This document shows positions 12,328-23,079 of a stretch of 64,000 nt of DNA, piece by piece; within the stretch, counting starts at the first letter, position 1; each line of letters opens with the position of its first letter. The notes under the pieces were generated by a model. It ran no database searches, had not been told where the DNA came from, and saw nothing but the letters and a program-made list of their open reading frames with translations. Made by a program: the position numbers and the translations under genes. The stretch is from Haplodiscus bocki (lineage: Eukaryota), in assembly GCA_965655095.1 (NCBI GenBank), contig OZ296651.1:78740001-78804000 (forward strand), in the 5' to 3' direction.

Positions 12328-12399
12328 CGCCCACGAAAACTTTTTTCCATGTGCATGTTGCTGTTGGGATGCTAGACTTTCTTTACGTGAAATGGAAGG

Positions 12400-12657
12400 A
12401 AAATGGATTCGGTGGAACCATTGTTTACAAAAACTCGTACTTTGAGTTTCTATTTTACCACTACAGAGCATTTAGACTATATGCATGACTACATGATGCT
12501 GCTAGAGCAGTGCGATTACATAGTGGTAAAGGTCTCGGATACTGTTACATGATTAAACGACAACCAAATTCATGTTTGCTGTCACGTGACTGGCCTCTTC
12601 ATTTGCCTTTACGTAAAGCTCTTTCGGCCTTGCATTTTAAACTATGTCGATTTTTGA
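12400..12657 (+). pseudogene. Phospholipase A2-like gene remnant
   Basis: Manual translation FGGTIVYKNSYFEFLFYHYRAFRLYA*LHDAARAVRLHSGKGLGYCY contains an HD dyad in a helix-like context, as in viral PLA2 domains. Confidence 0.4.
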
Positions 12658-12661
12658 AGCA

Positions 12662-12823
12662 CTGTCTTGCATTGTACTAGATTTTGAGCTGGGAGAAAAA
12701 AACGTTATTAGGAGTTGGGAGTTTTTATTGATGGGAATGTTCAAGAATACTCATTTTGTCGTCCGAAAAAGTACATACCTACAAAAGAAGCGTTTTGGGT
12801 TACAGAGGACTTGCACGGAAGTG
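12662..12823 (+). pseudogene. 5' fragment of a DEDD/DnaQ-like 3'-5' exonuclease
   Basis: SCIVLDFELGEKNVI / ELGVFIDG…YSF.RPKK…AFW…LHG matches the ExoI D-x-E motif, the following E-hydrophobic-G strand and the HG(I) motif. Truncated by deletion. Confidence 0.55.
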
Positions 12824-13966
12824 TACTTGGCTTTGAAACTGAAATTTGTCAAAAGTCGTGGTTACGAAACTTACAAACCCAAAGAAGTTTAAAAAGAGCA
12901 CAAAGAAGAGGCAAAAGTGGATGAGGTAAGAGCGGCGGAGGACAAAGAGGCTCTAGTTCACCTCGTTACTCATGTAAACAACGTTTGGCGCTGATTTTTT
13001 CCCAATGTGGAAGTGTACATCAACAATCAGCAAATTTACAACTGTAATGGACTGTATGCGCACAAATGATACACTTCCAACAACTTCAAGGTGGCCATGT
13101 CTCAATACAAGGGAGTTTTTCACTGCAAGGGGTACGACTATGAAGAATTTTTTCATGCTATTATGGAGGCACCTTTGTCTGGACTTTTTTTCAAAAGGAA
13201 GGAAAATGAAAATGATTAGTAGATCCGATGGCTTAATGTTGTATGGCAAATTAGGAGTTGAGTTTCTCTCCACTTCTGAAATACTATACCCAAAAATTTT
13301 AATTAGGCCATGACTAACCAAAGCCAGACCTAATTTCTTTATGATTGGCGATAACCCCAATGTTAGTCTTGGAATTATTGATTATTCAGTTTACACTCGT
13401 CGTACTGCTCTCGAAGTTGATTATCACAAGAAACGAATGGACATGCTTGCTTATACTCCTGTGGAATTCAACTATTTGGAGACTCTAGCAAAGACTTTCA
13501 TCATTTCTGCCAGACAAAACCAGTTCAATCTTGAAAACATTTTAAACAAAACTCCGGTCCTTCGAATTCCCTTTGCAATCAATACAAACTCTGCATTTAC
13601 TGGATCGTACACTGAAAATCACTCTGGTATCAACAAATTGATCCCGGACAAATTAAAATCCTCAGAAGAGTTCAACCAATCGTAGACTTTCATGCTACTG
13701 ATAATTGTCGCATTTTTGTTACGACAATGAAAGCAATGAACTTTCGAGATGATATCCTCTCAATTCCAATTGATAATTTCAAAGTTAACTTTGTACTAGT
13801 GTTTGATCTGACTTCAAGGCAAGATGCTACTGAAAATAGTCATTACCCAGAACTAGTTGGAGAACCACTGAGGCTGGAGCTAAACTTTACTTTTCCTCTA
13901 GATCACGCTACTGTACTCATTGTACTGGGAGAACAAACGTCTTCGCTTGCAGTTGACAAGTTGTAG
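12824..13966 (+). pseudogene. Polinton/adintovirus double-jelly-roll major capsid protein, 5'-truncated and frameshifted
   Basis: Stitched frames give YLALKLKFVK…HVNNVW..FFPNVEVYINNQQI…LYGKLGVEFLSTSEILYP…KTFIISARQNQFNLENI…NSAFTGSYTEN…FVLVFDLTSRQD…GEPLRLELNFTFPL…LIVLGEQTSSLAVDK, matching the Polinton MCP pattern. Confidence 0.85.
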
Positions 13967-13984
13967 TCGGAATAATTATCCCGA

Positions 13985-14370
13985 ATGGATGTTTCTCCAC
14001 AGCAAATAAAAAACCGTATCCCGCTATTCAAGTATCGGTAGCGTCGTTCAATACCCTCTGACTATGTTGAAACTTTTGACAATGACACTTTTGCCTTTAT
14101 AAATGCGCAACCCAGCAAAATGCAGGGTGAGCGTTGGAAAAGCATTGCAAACTCTGTAAAATATTGTGTTTTGGACACTCTCTCGGTCGTGACCGGTACA
14201 ATTTCCTCAAGCAGCACTCCGAACAGATGTTGCCGAAACCACTACAGTCCTATCCCAGCGTTTGGGGTTTCTACACGACATTTGCAGTTTTTCATTTCAA
14301 ATTCCTACAAGAAGAAATAACTGGATTTCACGATGTCAATGTATTTTCCTTCATAAATATTTACACGTAA
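13985..14370 (+). pseudogene. Adenain-type (peptidase C5) cysteine protease remnant
   Basis: AFINAQPSKMQGERW (GEHW motif), LCFGHSLG (FDS.G motif) and PLQSYPSVWGFY (Q…CG.Y motif); one stop and one frameshift; lies directly after the MCP. Confidence 0.85.
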
Positions 14371-14838
14371 TTTTTCAACTTCTCCAATGTAATTGTGCCG
14401 GTTATACAATATGATTGCTATTATCTAAATTCACAGACTTTTATAGACACCAAAACAATCTTTTTACATAAAAATAAGTCATATCAGTAACGGCATGCGT
14501 TGAAGAAAGCGATTGACAGCTTCTTTCATGATTATTTCCTTTTATGGCCGGTCTTCCCTTTTATGGCTTTCCATAAATGGTATACCGTAACTGTTAACAT
14601 TTGCTACATAATTTCCACCATTTTTTCTTTTGCATTGCCAGTCAGGTTGCTACAACCTTCACGTATATTTCAAGTTTTTCTGTTCATGTCGCAGGCTGCC
14701 TGCCGCCTGTGAGGGCCTAGTCTACTCCGTTAACCTTAATGGACAAAACATGGGCACACAGGGATATGCTCTGCCCTTATTTGAAGACTAAACTATTAAA
14801 ACCACTGTTAAATAACGCGCTGGATAAATATCCCCCCA

Positions 14839-16459
14839 TGTTGAAGTTATATATTTATATATTAATATATATACATATATGATCCTTTGAATATTTATGT
14901 ATTTATGTGCAAAATCCATACAATTAGCAAAGAAGATTGTATCATGAGAGAAAGATTATAAACAAATGTTTATAGCGCTCAAATTATTTGAAGTCCTTTA
15001 CTTAAATTTGATTGGTCAAGGCAGATGTTCGTATCAAATTTTGACCGAGCAAAAGCGCTGCTGGAGCGTGGTCAAAATAGGTCAAAAGAACCTAATTTTG
15101 ACCACTTTGCTCAAAGCGAGTGGTCGCTTTTAAGCAAAAGGCGAATTACGGCCAAACGAAGTCAGAAAAGTCGAAGATTGACCATATTTAACTAGAGGAC
15201 GTTGCTATGTGCTTATATAAGCCTATAGTTAATTAATTATGTGATAATAAACTACCTAGTGCTAATTATTAATAAATCCCAAGTCAAAATTATTATCTGG
15301 TCAACAAACGGTCATAGTGCCCACATTTGACCACTATATTTTAGCTCAGAGTTAAAACCTGTGCATGAATTCAATATCAATATTCCTGTCATATCTATTA
15401 AATTATAACAATAAATGACCGCCCATAATAATGAACCATACATGCAAACATGATTTTATTTGACCTTTACCATTTATCCAGATTCCATAACCATATGTTT
15501 GACAGTCATGATTTTTCGGTATTTCTCCTTTGAAGTTTGTTTTGTTACTATTATTCAAGTGATGTCATGATGATGATATGTAAAACTCGGGTTAAACCCT
15601 TTGATGTGTTGATTAAAAATAGAATGACGATCATGACGTCAGGAGGTAGAGCGCCCCAATTGGTCGACGAATGTCAGGTCAAACGGAGGAAAGGGTGACC
15701 CACTACTAACAAAAACTCATCAACAGAAGAAAAACTGCCACCCTGAAAAACAGTTCACTACAACAATCATTTAAATTGATATCTCCCTTTTGTAATCGTT
15801 AAAACTTTGTACAAGTTTCACAGTTTATATCACCGTTTACTTTACGTTATTATTAATGTTCCACTCCTAATACAATTCAGTTATTAAAACAAGCGTGGTT
15901 TCTACTCGTAAGAAAAGACTGTCAAACAAAAGGCTTCTTAGCCAATTAGATGACTTTGATCAGGATATGATCATTGGCAGCGCCGTCAGCGAGAGACAAG
16001 AAAATGCTGTAATCAATGAAGGTACTAATGACCGAGATTTTACCGTTAGTATCTCTAATAATGGTTCAGTTATTAACGAGAGCACAGTTATTGTGAAAAC
16101 CTTGGAAAGGCGTTTTAACGAAAGGATTGATAGAGAAATGAGCAATAACCTTGATACAGTTGAAGATAGGATACAGAATGCAATTTTGACCGCTATTGAA
16201 AACATCGTTGCTCCTAAAATTGAACAAGCGATCAGGTCAATAAATGCATCTTCAGGACAGGATGCGACCAGTGTGTCCGTAAATTCAGAACGTAGGGAAC
16301 ATGTTGGGATCAATGCTTTTTTTGAAAACGCATCTGGAAACAACAATACACTAGGTGTATCAAATGTAAATGATGAGACTCGACATAACAATCCAGACGA
16401 GGTAAGTGAATTGCCGGTCCCTGAAACACATTTTGACCGGCAAACGCATACTCATCACA
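14839..16459 (+). mobile_element. Putative long solo LTR (~1.6 kb) carrying the start of a gag-like ORF, nested in the element above
   Basis: Begins TGTTGA, ends …CTCATCACA, with abrupt compositional changes at both ends. No PBS or pol follows. Left boundary uncertain (alternative TG at 15634). Confidence 0.5.
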
Positions 16460-16674
16460 GATCACCTATTATACTCCGACTCAATTTATTACCGAACTTC
16501 TCTTGTCTTAGTACATTACCCAACTATACCCTAATGCAATACACTACCGAACTGTACCTTATCTTAATACATTACCGAACTATACCCTATCTTAATACAT
16601 TACCGAAGTATTTCTTCACACAGCATCAACTCAACAGTATCCGCAGGCCTTATAATCACAGGCGTCATAATTAG
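15895..16674 (+). CDS. Gag-like N-terminal ORF (GTG start); first ~188 codons inside the LTR-like element, then read-through into the flank
   Basis: (M)VSTRKKR N-terminus and coiled-coil-like LERRFNERIDREMSNNLDTVEDRIQNAILTAIE. The C-terminal ~70 aa translate a minisatellite. Confidence 0.5.
   Translation: MVSTRKKRLSNKRLLSQLDDFDQDMIIGSAVSERQENAVINEGTNDRDFTVSISNNGSVINESTVIVKTLERRFNERIDREMSNNLDTVEDRIQNAILTAIENIVAPKIEQAIRSINASSGQDATSVSVNSERREHVGINAFFENASGNNNTLGVSNVNDETRHNNPDEVSELPVPETHFDRQTHTHHRSPIILRLNLLPNFSCLSTLPNYTLMQYTTELYLILIHYRTIPYLNTLPKYFFTQHQLNSIRRPYNHRRHN
16488..16608 (+). repeat. 28-bp minisatellite, ~4 copies
   Basis: Variants of attaccgaactataccctatcttaatac. Confidence 0.8.
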
Positions 16675-17009
16675 TCCGCGCCGTAAGAATTATCCGCGCG
16701 GGCAGGCCTGCAGGAAAAAATCGATTTTTTTACGAAAGTCTCCAATGCCGCAAATGAGTCATTCAGCCCACTGCCTTTCTTTATACATTGCCGAGCACAT
16801 TCAGCTTCTGCCCGAAACCAAAAAACTGTCGGCAGTCAATCGGAATCCAGCGCGAAGAACCCTCAGACTTCGTCAGCCAATCAGAATCAAGTATTACGTC
16901 GACCCAGATCTCTCGGATAGGGTGGAGGTCCCTTCTCGGCTCTCTATAGCCTATCTTTTTACATGGGGACATCCACCCCCCACCTGATCTCCTCACACAT
17001 ATACTATTC

Positions 17010-17500
17010 TCGGTTGTCAAACTCATAATTCTCCAAAACTACAAGCTTGAATTCGTCCATCAAGGTCTCAATCGACATCTCTCTACTTGAAGAGAACTAT
17101 TAAATAGAAAGATCATGGATCTTGATCCTCGTGTGGAATTCTTGATGGCCCAAAAAAATGATAATTTTGACAAATGACGATATTCGAAAATGATTTTTCT
17201 CCACAACTTTTGGCTGGACATCTTCCATCAACATAATTGACAGCTTTGTTTGTAGAAGGGTCTTCGAATTGAAAGTCTTTGATTTCTGCACAAGCAATAG
17301 AATTTTCATGATAGGCCGAAAAGTGCTACTTTTATTTTGCCGATATTCAAACTTATCATTTTCCAAAGCTCGCAGTTTGAATTATTCCAGCAAGGTTTCA
17401 ATCAACAACTTTCTACTCAATCAGATATTTTGTGAATCATTTGCTGTATGTTCGATCAATCAATTCTTCACCTCTTTGACGGAAAAAAATTGGAGTGCGA
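17010..17500. repeat. About 3 degenerate copies of the ~170-180-bp repeat also found at 23.1-25.3 kb
   Basis: Shared core tctcca(t/a)aactaca…catcaaggtctcaatcga. Confidence 0.6.
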
Positions 17501-20500
17501 CTGCACTTGTTCAAGATTTCAAAAGCAAAACATGAACTACCACTAAAACTCAAAATTAGACGCTTTTTCAAAAACATGAATAATCGATAGACGCAACAAA
17601 CTGCTCAACACGTTGATTTGTCATTTGCAATGACAGAAGTTGGGCTGTTTGAGATCACGATTCGAAAAAGGATTGACACTTCTAGACAAGTGTAAATAAC
17701 TAAACCAGTTGTCAAACAAAACTTAGTTTAAAAGTCCAATTGTGATAAGTATCTGTCAGTTTTTCGCACTCAAAAATTTGATAAGTCAATTGTCATTTTA
17801 CGCTACACCAATTTACAGCCAAATCTGCAACAGATTTCCACTGTAAGCAACGCGAAATGAAAATTCCTAGTCTATACTGTCCTATTGAAAACATTGGTGT
17901 GAAACATGACCTTTTACGATGCAGATCGCTAATGTTCAATTTTCAGGCCAATGTTTATCAAAAATTAGCACTGCAAGTTTTGGCCATGACAAAAGCTGCG
18001 CATAACTTCTCAATTAAGATTTTTCCTTTGTTAGAACGTGTAACAAATTGATTTAAAAAGTCAATTAGCGCAATTTTCATTTTAGCAAAAATTATTTTGC
18101 AAAATTCTAGCTACCACAGAAAATCTTATGGCGATAGAAGGTGCCAAGTTTAAGTGGTTTGAATAGAAGTATCTCTTGGTCCTGTAACACTTTCTTTTGC
18201 CAATGAATTTTTGGTATCAAAAATAACTTCAAAACTATAGAGGGTTCGAAGCTCAATTTTACATATTTGGAAGAACATTCAAACGATTTTAATATGGAAA
18301 AAATCTAAGTTTCAGGAACTGTTTTGACCAACGCGCACAATTTGTTCCGTCCACATCAGATATTTGAAGAGTAATACAAAAAGCAAAATAAATAGTTACT
18401 AATGGCAACTGTAGCGCAGACAAGTGAAGCCTTCAATAGCCACAGGCATAACCTTCACGTATTACATTTATAATCACAAAGGCAACCAGACACAGTAAGA
18501 TGAAGTGTCAAATATACTCTAACCTGGTCTAAAAAAAGGTCAATTCACATCCCTATAACATCGAATATCTTCGATTACTATGTTATAAACTGTAAATATT
18601 GATCAGCTGACAAATTTAGGGTTATAATTTAATCCGTAGAGTTGGATCCGTAGAAGAAGACCAAATTGAGCTCAATAACAACGGAAAGCTAAAATAATCA
18701 TGATAGATTTTCTGCTAAATACTTGAGAATTGCACACCAATTCGCTCAAAATCAACGTCGAAGAAATGAATTCAGATTCCGTTGCTGCATGCCCGACATG
18801 ACATCAAAATTTAAAATTGTAATGGAAGCCGAAAAATAGCCCGTAAGAAGCTTAAAGCTTGAAGTTCTCCATAAAAAAAAGATTTGACAACTATCTAACC
18901 CAGAAGACGTCGATTGCAACAAATACGTTCCACTGTTTTCTTTTCGATACAGCAGGCAAATTCTAAATTAAATTATTCAAACACGGTAGATGATGTCAAG
19001 TATTAACAAAAAGGAAATTTGAAGAATCCTTCGGCTGTTTTGCGCCCACAAATTATTTCGGACTGTTTGATGAGTGATTTGCTCTAATACTTCTTTCCAA
19101 TTCATAGTGCTCCCTAAAAACACGCGAGGGAAAACGACGGAAAAATACGGGAAGGAAAGATTGAATTTATAACCAAAGCCAAAATATTTATTGAACGAAA
19201 ATGCTATATTATGATAATTATCAATTAAGGATATACATACAATCAATTTTTTTCACCCAATTAAAAGCACATTTAAACCACGAGGCAGAGTAGGACAATA
19301 GGGGAGGACGGAGGGAGAGGGAAATGAAGTGCGGCAGATGGATGGCTGATTGATGGATCAGACAAGATTGTCAACTAATTAATTAATCGACTTGCTTAGC
19401 AAGGGATGGATCCATCCATGGAGACCACGATGACCAACACTAAAACTAGTTCATGAGATCAAGTTGGTTTTTTGATTGAGCAACATGAAAGACTTACACC
19501 AGCAAACATTCAGTCAAAGCAAGGACCTCGATTACGGCCTAACATTGATGACATACGCAGCAACCAAAAAATCCACCTTACATTCTCACAGTTTCGCATC
19601 TGTTTCTGCTCAATAACTTCAAAATCTTTTTTGAATTCAAAGCAAGACATTTGTAAACACAAAGTAGCCGTGTCAAATGTCTATGAAAATTCATATCACC
19701 CGCGAAACTTCGGGGGGGGGGGAGAAAATTTCTGGTTGCTCAAAAATAGAATAGGTAATAATTATTCAGTGACATTTAAACAATATGATACAATACAATA
19801 GCACGTGACAGTCAAATATTCTTTTGTCTAAATTACGCCCGTTAATTTTGAATAGATATCACTAGCACCCTGAAGAAAAATACATTAAAACGAACTTCGA
19901 ATCAATCGCACAGCTCAATTTCTTTAAGAACGACTAACATTTGAGGTAAGTTAGATAATTACAACAGTTGCTGTTCTTCAAATGGAGAGCAAAAAATATT
20001 GGGTCGTTCTGGTAATTCACATTTTCAAATTATTTTAAACCTCCACCGATGCATATAACAAGCGTGAAATACGATTGAACGTTGCTAGGATTACAATAAT
20101 ATTAATCATAATTATATTTATCAACAACAATGTTCATCAAACTCAGGGAGAGAAATAGCGCAAAATTTGGAGTTTCCGAACACTTGAACTATTGGAAGAA
20201 AAAAATTCACGGAACCACAAAATAAAACCGAACTATAACGAGCGTTCAACGCTTCAAAACAAACATATCATGTAACCTACAACATCATGTAAGTATACGA
20301 AGGATCACAGATTTATGCTGCCATATATGGCCTTTTCTGCTGCTGTAGTTAAAAAATAATGTTTTTTTTTACGGCTCTAGGTTGAACCTTAAGGCATTCT
20401 CTCTACAATTTCACCATCGCCACCAAGATATTTACCTGTTGTCTGCATTTAAGTTTTTACACCAAATCTAGGAAGGATGATGTTCATACTTTTGGCCTGA

Positions 20501-23079
20501 AGAAATCTGAAAATTGCGGCGGTTTGAATGCACGAAAGGATATAACTTCTGTTCAAGCCCAAACAAAAAACGGGCAGCTTAGCAAGTTTCCGCGAAATCT
20601 GAATTAAATTTCTCGTTTTTTGTCACTTTATGCTCGACTATGCCCCGATTGCTCTGTTCGAGAATTTATGCTTAAGCTGTGAATTATGCCATTTATGCTT
20701 TTTGATGCTGCCGGCAAAAATCTGTGGTCCCAGGTGATTATTGACACTTTTGCACACATTTTGGAAACTTTGTTAGCATGTTTCTTGGTTTCTCCAGAAT
20801 ATGGGGGGTACCTATGCGGTAATTTTCGCTGAATATGAAATGAAAAACGGAAAAATGCGGCAATTTCAATTATTCAATCATGAATATTCAAACTACAATA
20901 TAAGAAAAACTTCTTTGTCATATGCTTGTTTACGCAAGAGCATATACTTCGGTCTCCCTAATCGAACCTTTCGGTATAAACAGCACAAACATTGAAGACA
21001 TTACAGACTCGAAAAGGAGAAATTCGGGGAGTTCATTTGTTTTTTCTCTTTCGGATCAAAATCACGTGATAAACAATGAGTCATCCACAACAACAAGTTT
21101 CGTCAGTCTGAACAAATATCGGCCTGTTCTATCTTGGATGAGTCCAAGGTGATTTTTCAAAACAGTCACCAAATGCCAATGCCCAGATTAGATACAGCCG
21201 CGGAATTGTTCAGTTCTACCGATGGATTTGACAATACAAACTCGCCAGTGCCTATGATGAAAGTTGGACCTCGTATCTAGCCTAAAAATGGAAGGATGGG
21301 CGACTTAACTTCGACAGACTTTTCGACTGCAATTGAGCAAAACCTATTTTTTTCGGAATCAAAGATTACGAAACAGGCAAAAGACTTGCAAAAACAAAAG
21401 TTTGTTTTCTTGTTTGTAATTGATTGGGCTAAGCAGGATGAGTCATAAGTTTGATTAATCAATCCATTATTTCAAACTACTTGCAAAAAACCAACCAAAA
21501 ACAACCACTCAAGCCGGATAGGACTTCGCAATTTTTGTTTTTCATTTGCGCGCTCTCACAGCTGCTATGATTGTCCCTCCTGTACTCCCACACAGCTTTG
21601 CTAAGTTTTTCCAGTCATGGGAAATTCCTTATTTCGGACGAAGTCGCAAAATGTCGTAAGAAAAAGCGTAAAAAACCCGAGTAACACTACAATTATTACG
21701 TAAAATTGAACTTTTGCGAAGTCCTAAAAATGTGAAATTGATGTTTAATTTTCTCGGTAACTGTGCGATATCTTGCTGCCATATTCCAGTAGCATTGTAG
21801 GCACTGATTAAAAGGTGTAGATTTTTTTCAAGAAAGCTTTAGCTAGGAGCAACAGCGGCTTTTACACGCTCAGTGGAACCAGGCCGTGCTGTTACCCCGT
21901 CCAAGGCGACTGTTTCTCCTGTTTTTGCATGCATATGCTTAGACAGCAGTGGTGTTTTAGAAAACCGATTTATTTGGGTTGTGACCACTATTCGTGGAGA
22001 AAAAGACAATTCCAAAAAAATGTCACTTTTTTGATTAAAGTTCGAGTTCTCGTTGGATTTTCGAGGTTAAAGACTAGTGACTACGCAAATGCAGATATGA
22101 TGAGGCCCATGGTGATTTAAGGTTTAATGTTTGTTTACGTATTTTCTTTGTCAAAGTTCGTGAATAATGCGGATTCTTCTGCAGAAGAGACGCTTGCCAT
22201 GTCTCTCAAAAAACTTCAGGTGTTCGTGAAAAATAGCCTTCGTGATTTTGACTGAATGTACAGTACCTCCTCGAAAGTATGGACGAGGTGAATAGACAAT
22301 TGAGTCCCAGAAATTTCGGTCCCAAGAACTGCGTCCAAGAAAAAAATTATTCGATTGAAATTTATGGGATTTTGGTACTGAAAGCTCCGGAAACGATGGA
22401 CAAACTGCCAAACTCTAGAATTTATTTTCCGTTGAAAAATTTCTGGAAAAAATTCAATTCAGTAGTCGGAGTTATTTTTTTCCTTTCCCTGATTTTGCCC
22501 ATGAGGCGCACACTTCGTGCTGCAGAGCAGAATTGTTGACTGCTTTCATAATACATATGTGGGGTCGCACCGCGATCAGGTAGCCCACAGGTAGTGGGTC
22601 CCAATTCCGCTGTAAGTCATATTTTTTACATGTTTCTAGATACTCGGTACAAATTTTCATAGCAGAAAACATGGCCCTCTCGACAAAAATCAGAGTTTTT
22701 ACTACGTGAGATCTTTTTCTATTTTCTGAAAATTTATCAGTTTTCCGACGTAACTGCAGCAAATCGTTATTTCTCAATATTTTTCTTTCAAAAAAATGGG
22801 AAATTTTCGATTTTCCTAAAAAAGACAAAAAGAAGTACATAAACTACGATTTTCTTGAAAAAAGAAAAAAAAGAAGTACATAAACTATTAAAGAATTAAC
22901 TATAAAAGTGAAAATTTGAAATTCGTTTTGAGCTTTTTGGCAGCAGTTTTCTTTGCTCTCCCACTTTCTCGAGGGTCAGAAAATACATAAACTCCTCGAA
23001 AACATATTAACTTGGACACATCGTTCTGTGATCCTCACATTGAGGGAAAGCCAAAAAGCGAACTTAATACAGAATTTCC

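Larger units (their letters stand above)
9008..14370 (+). mobile_element. Decayed endogenous Polinton/Maverick (adintovirus-like) element; its left ~1.45 kb is also copied at 2361-3813, 5688-7140 and partly at 1-487
   Basis: Compact intronless gene cluster ending in recognisable major capsid protein and adenain protease pseudogenes. No pPolB, integrase, packaging ATPase, penton or TIR seen in the window. Confidence 0.85.
14708..16997. mobile_element. Putative solo LTR (~0.67 kb) split by a nested insertion
   Basis: Termini TGTGAGG (14708) and CCTCACA (16997) are perfect 7-bp inverted TG…CA ends. No target-site duplication found. Confidence 0.5.

Noticed and set aside
14371-14707. Polinton right terminal inverted repeat
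   Set aside because: No AG…CT terminal motif or matching inverted partner visible in the window.
20389-20442. Possible terminal exon TTGKYLGGDGEIVERMP* on the minus strand
   Set aside because: No partner exons found, and it lies inside a possible small inverted-repeat element (ggatcacagattt ~20302 / aaatctgtggtcc ~20730) that itself lacks a TSD.
20900-22250. Coding-like decayed sequence, possibly a transposase
   Set aside because: No motif I could assign with confidence; all frames interrupted.
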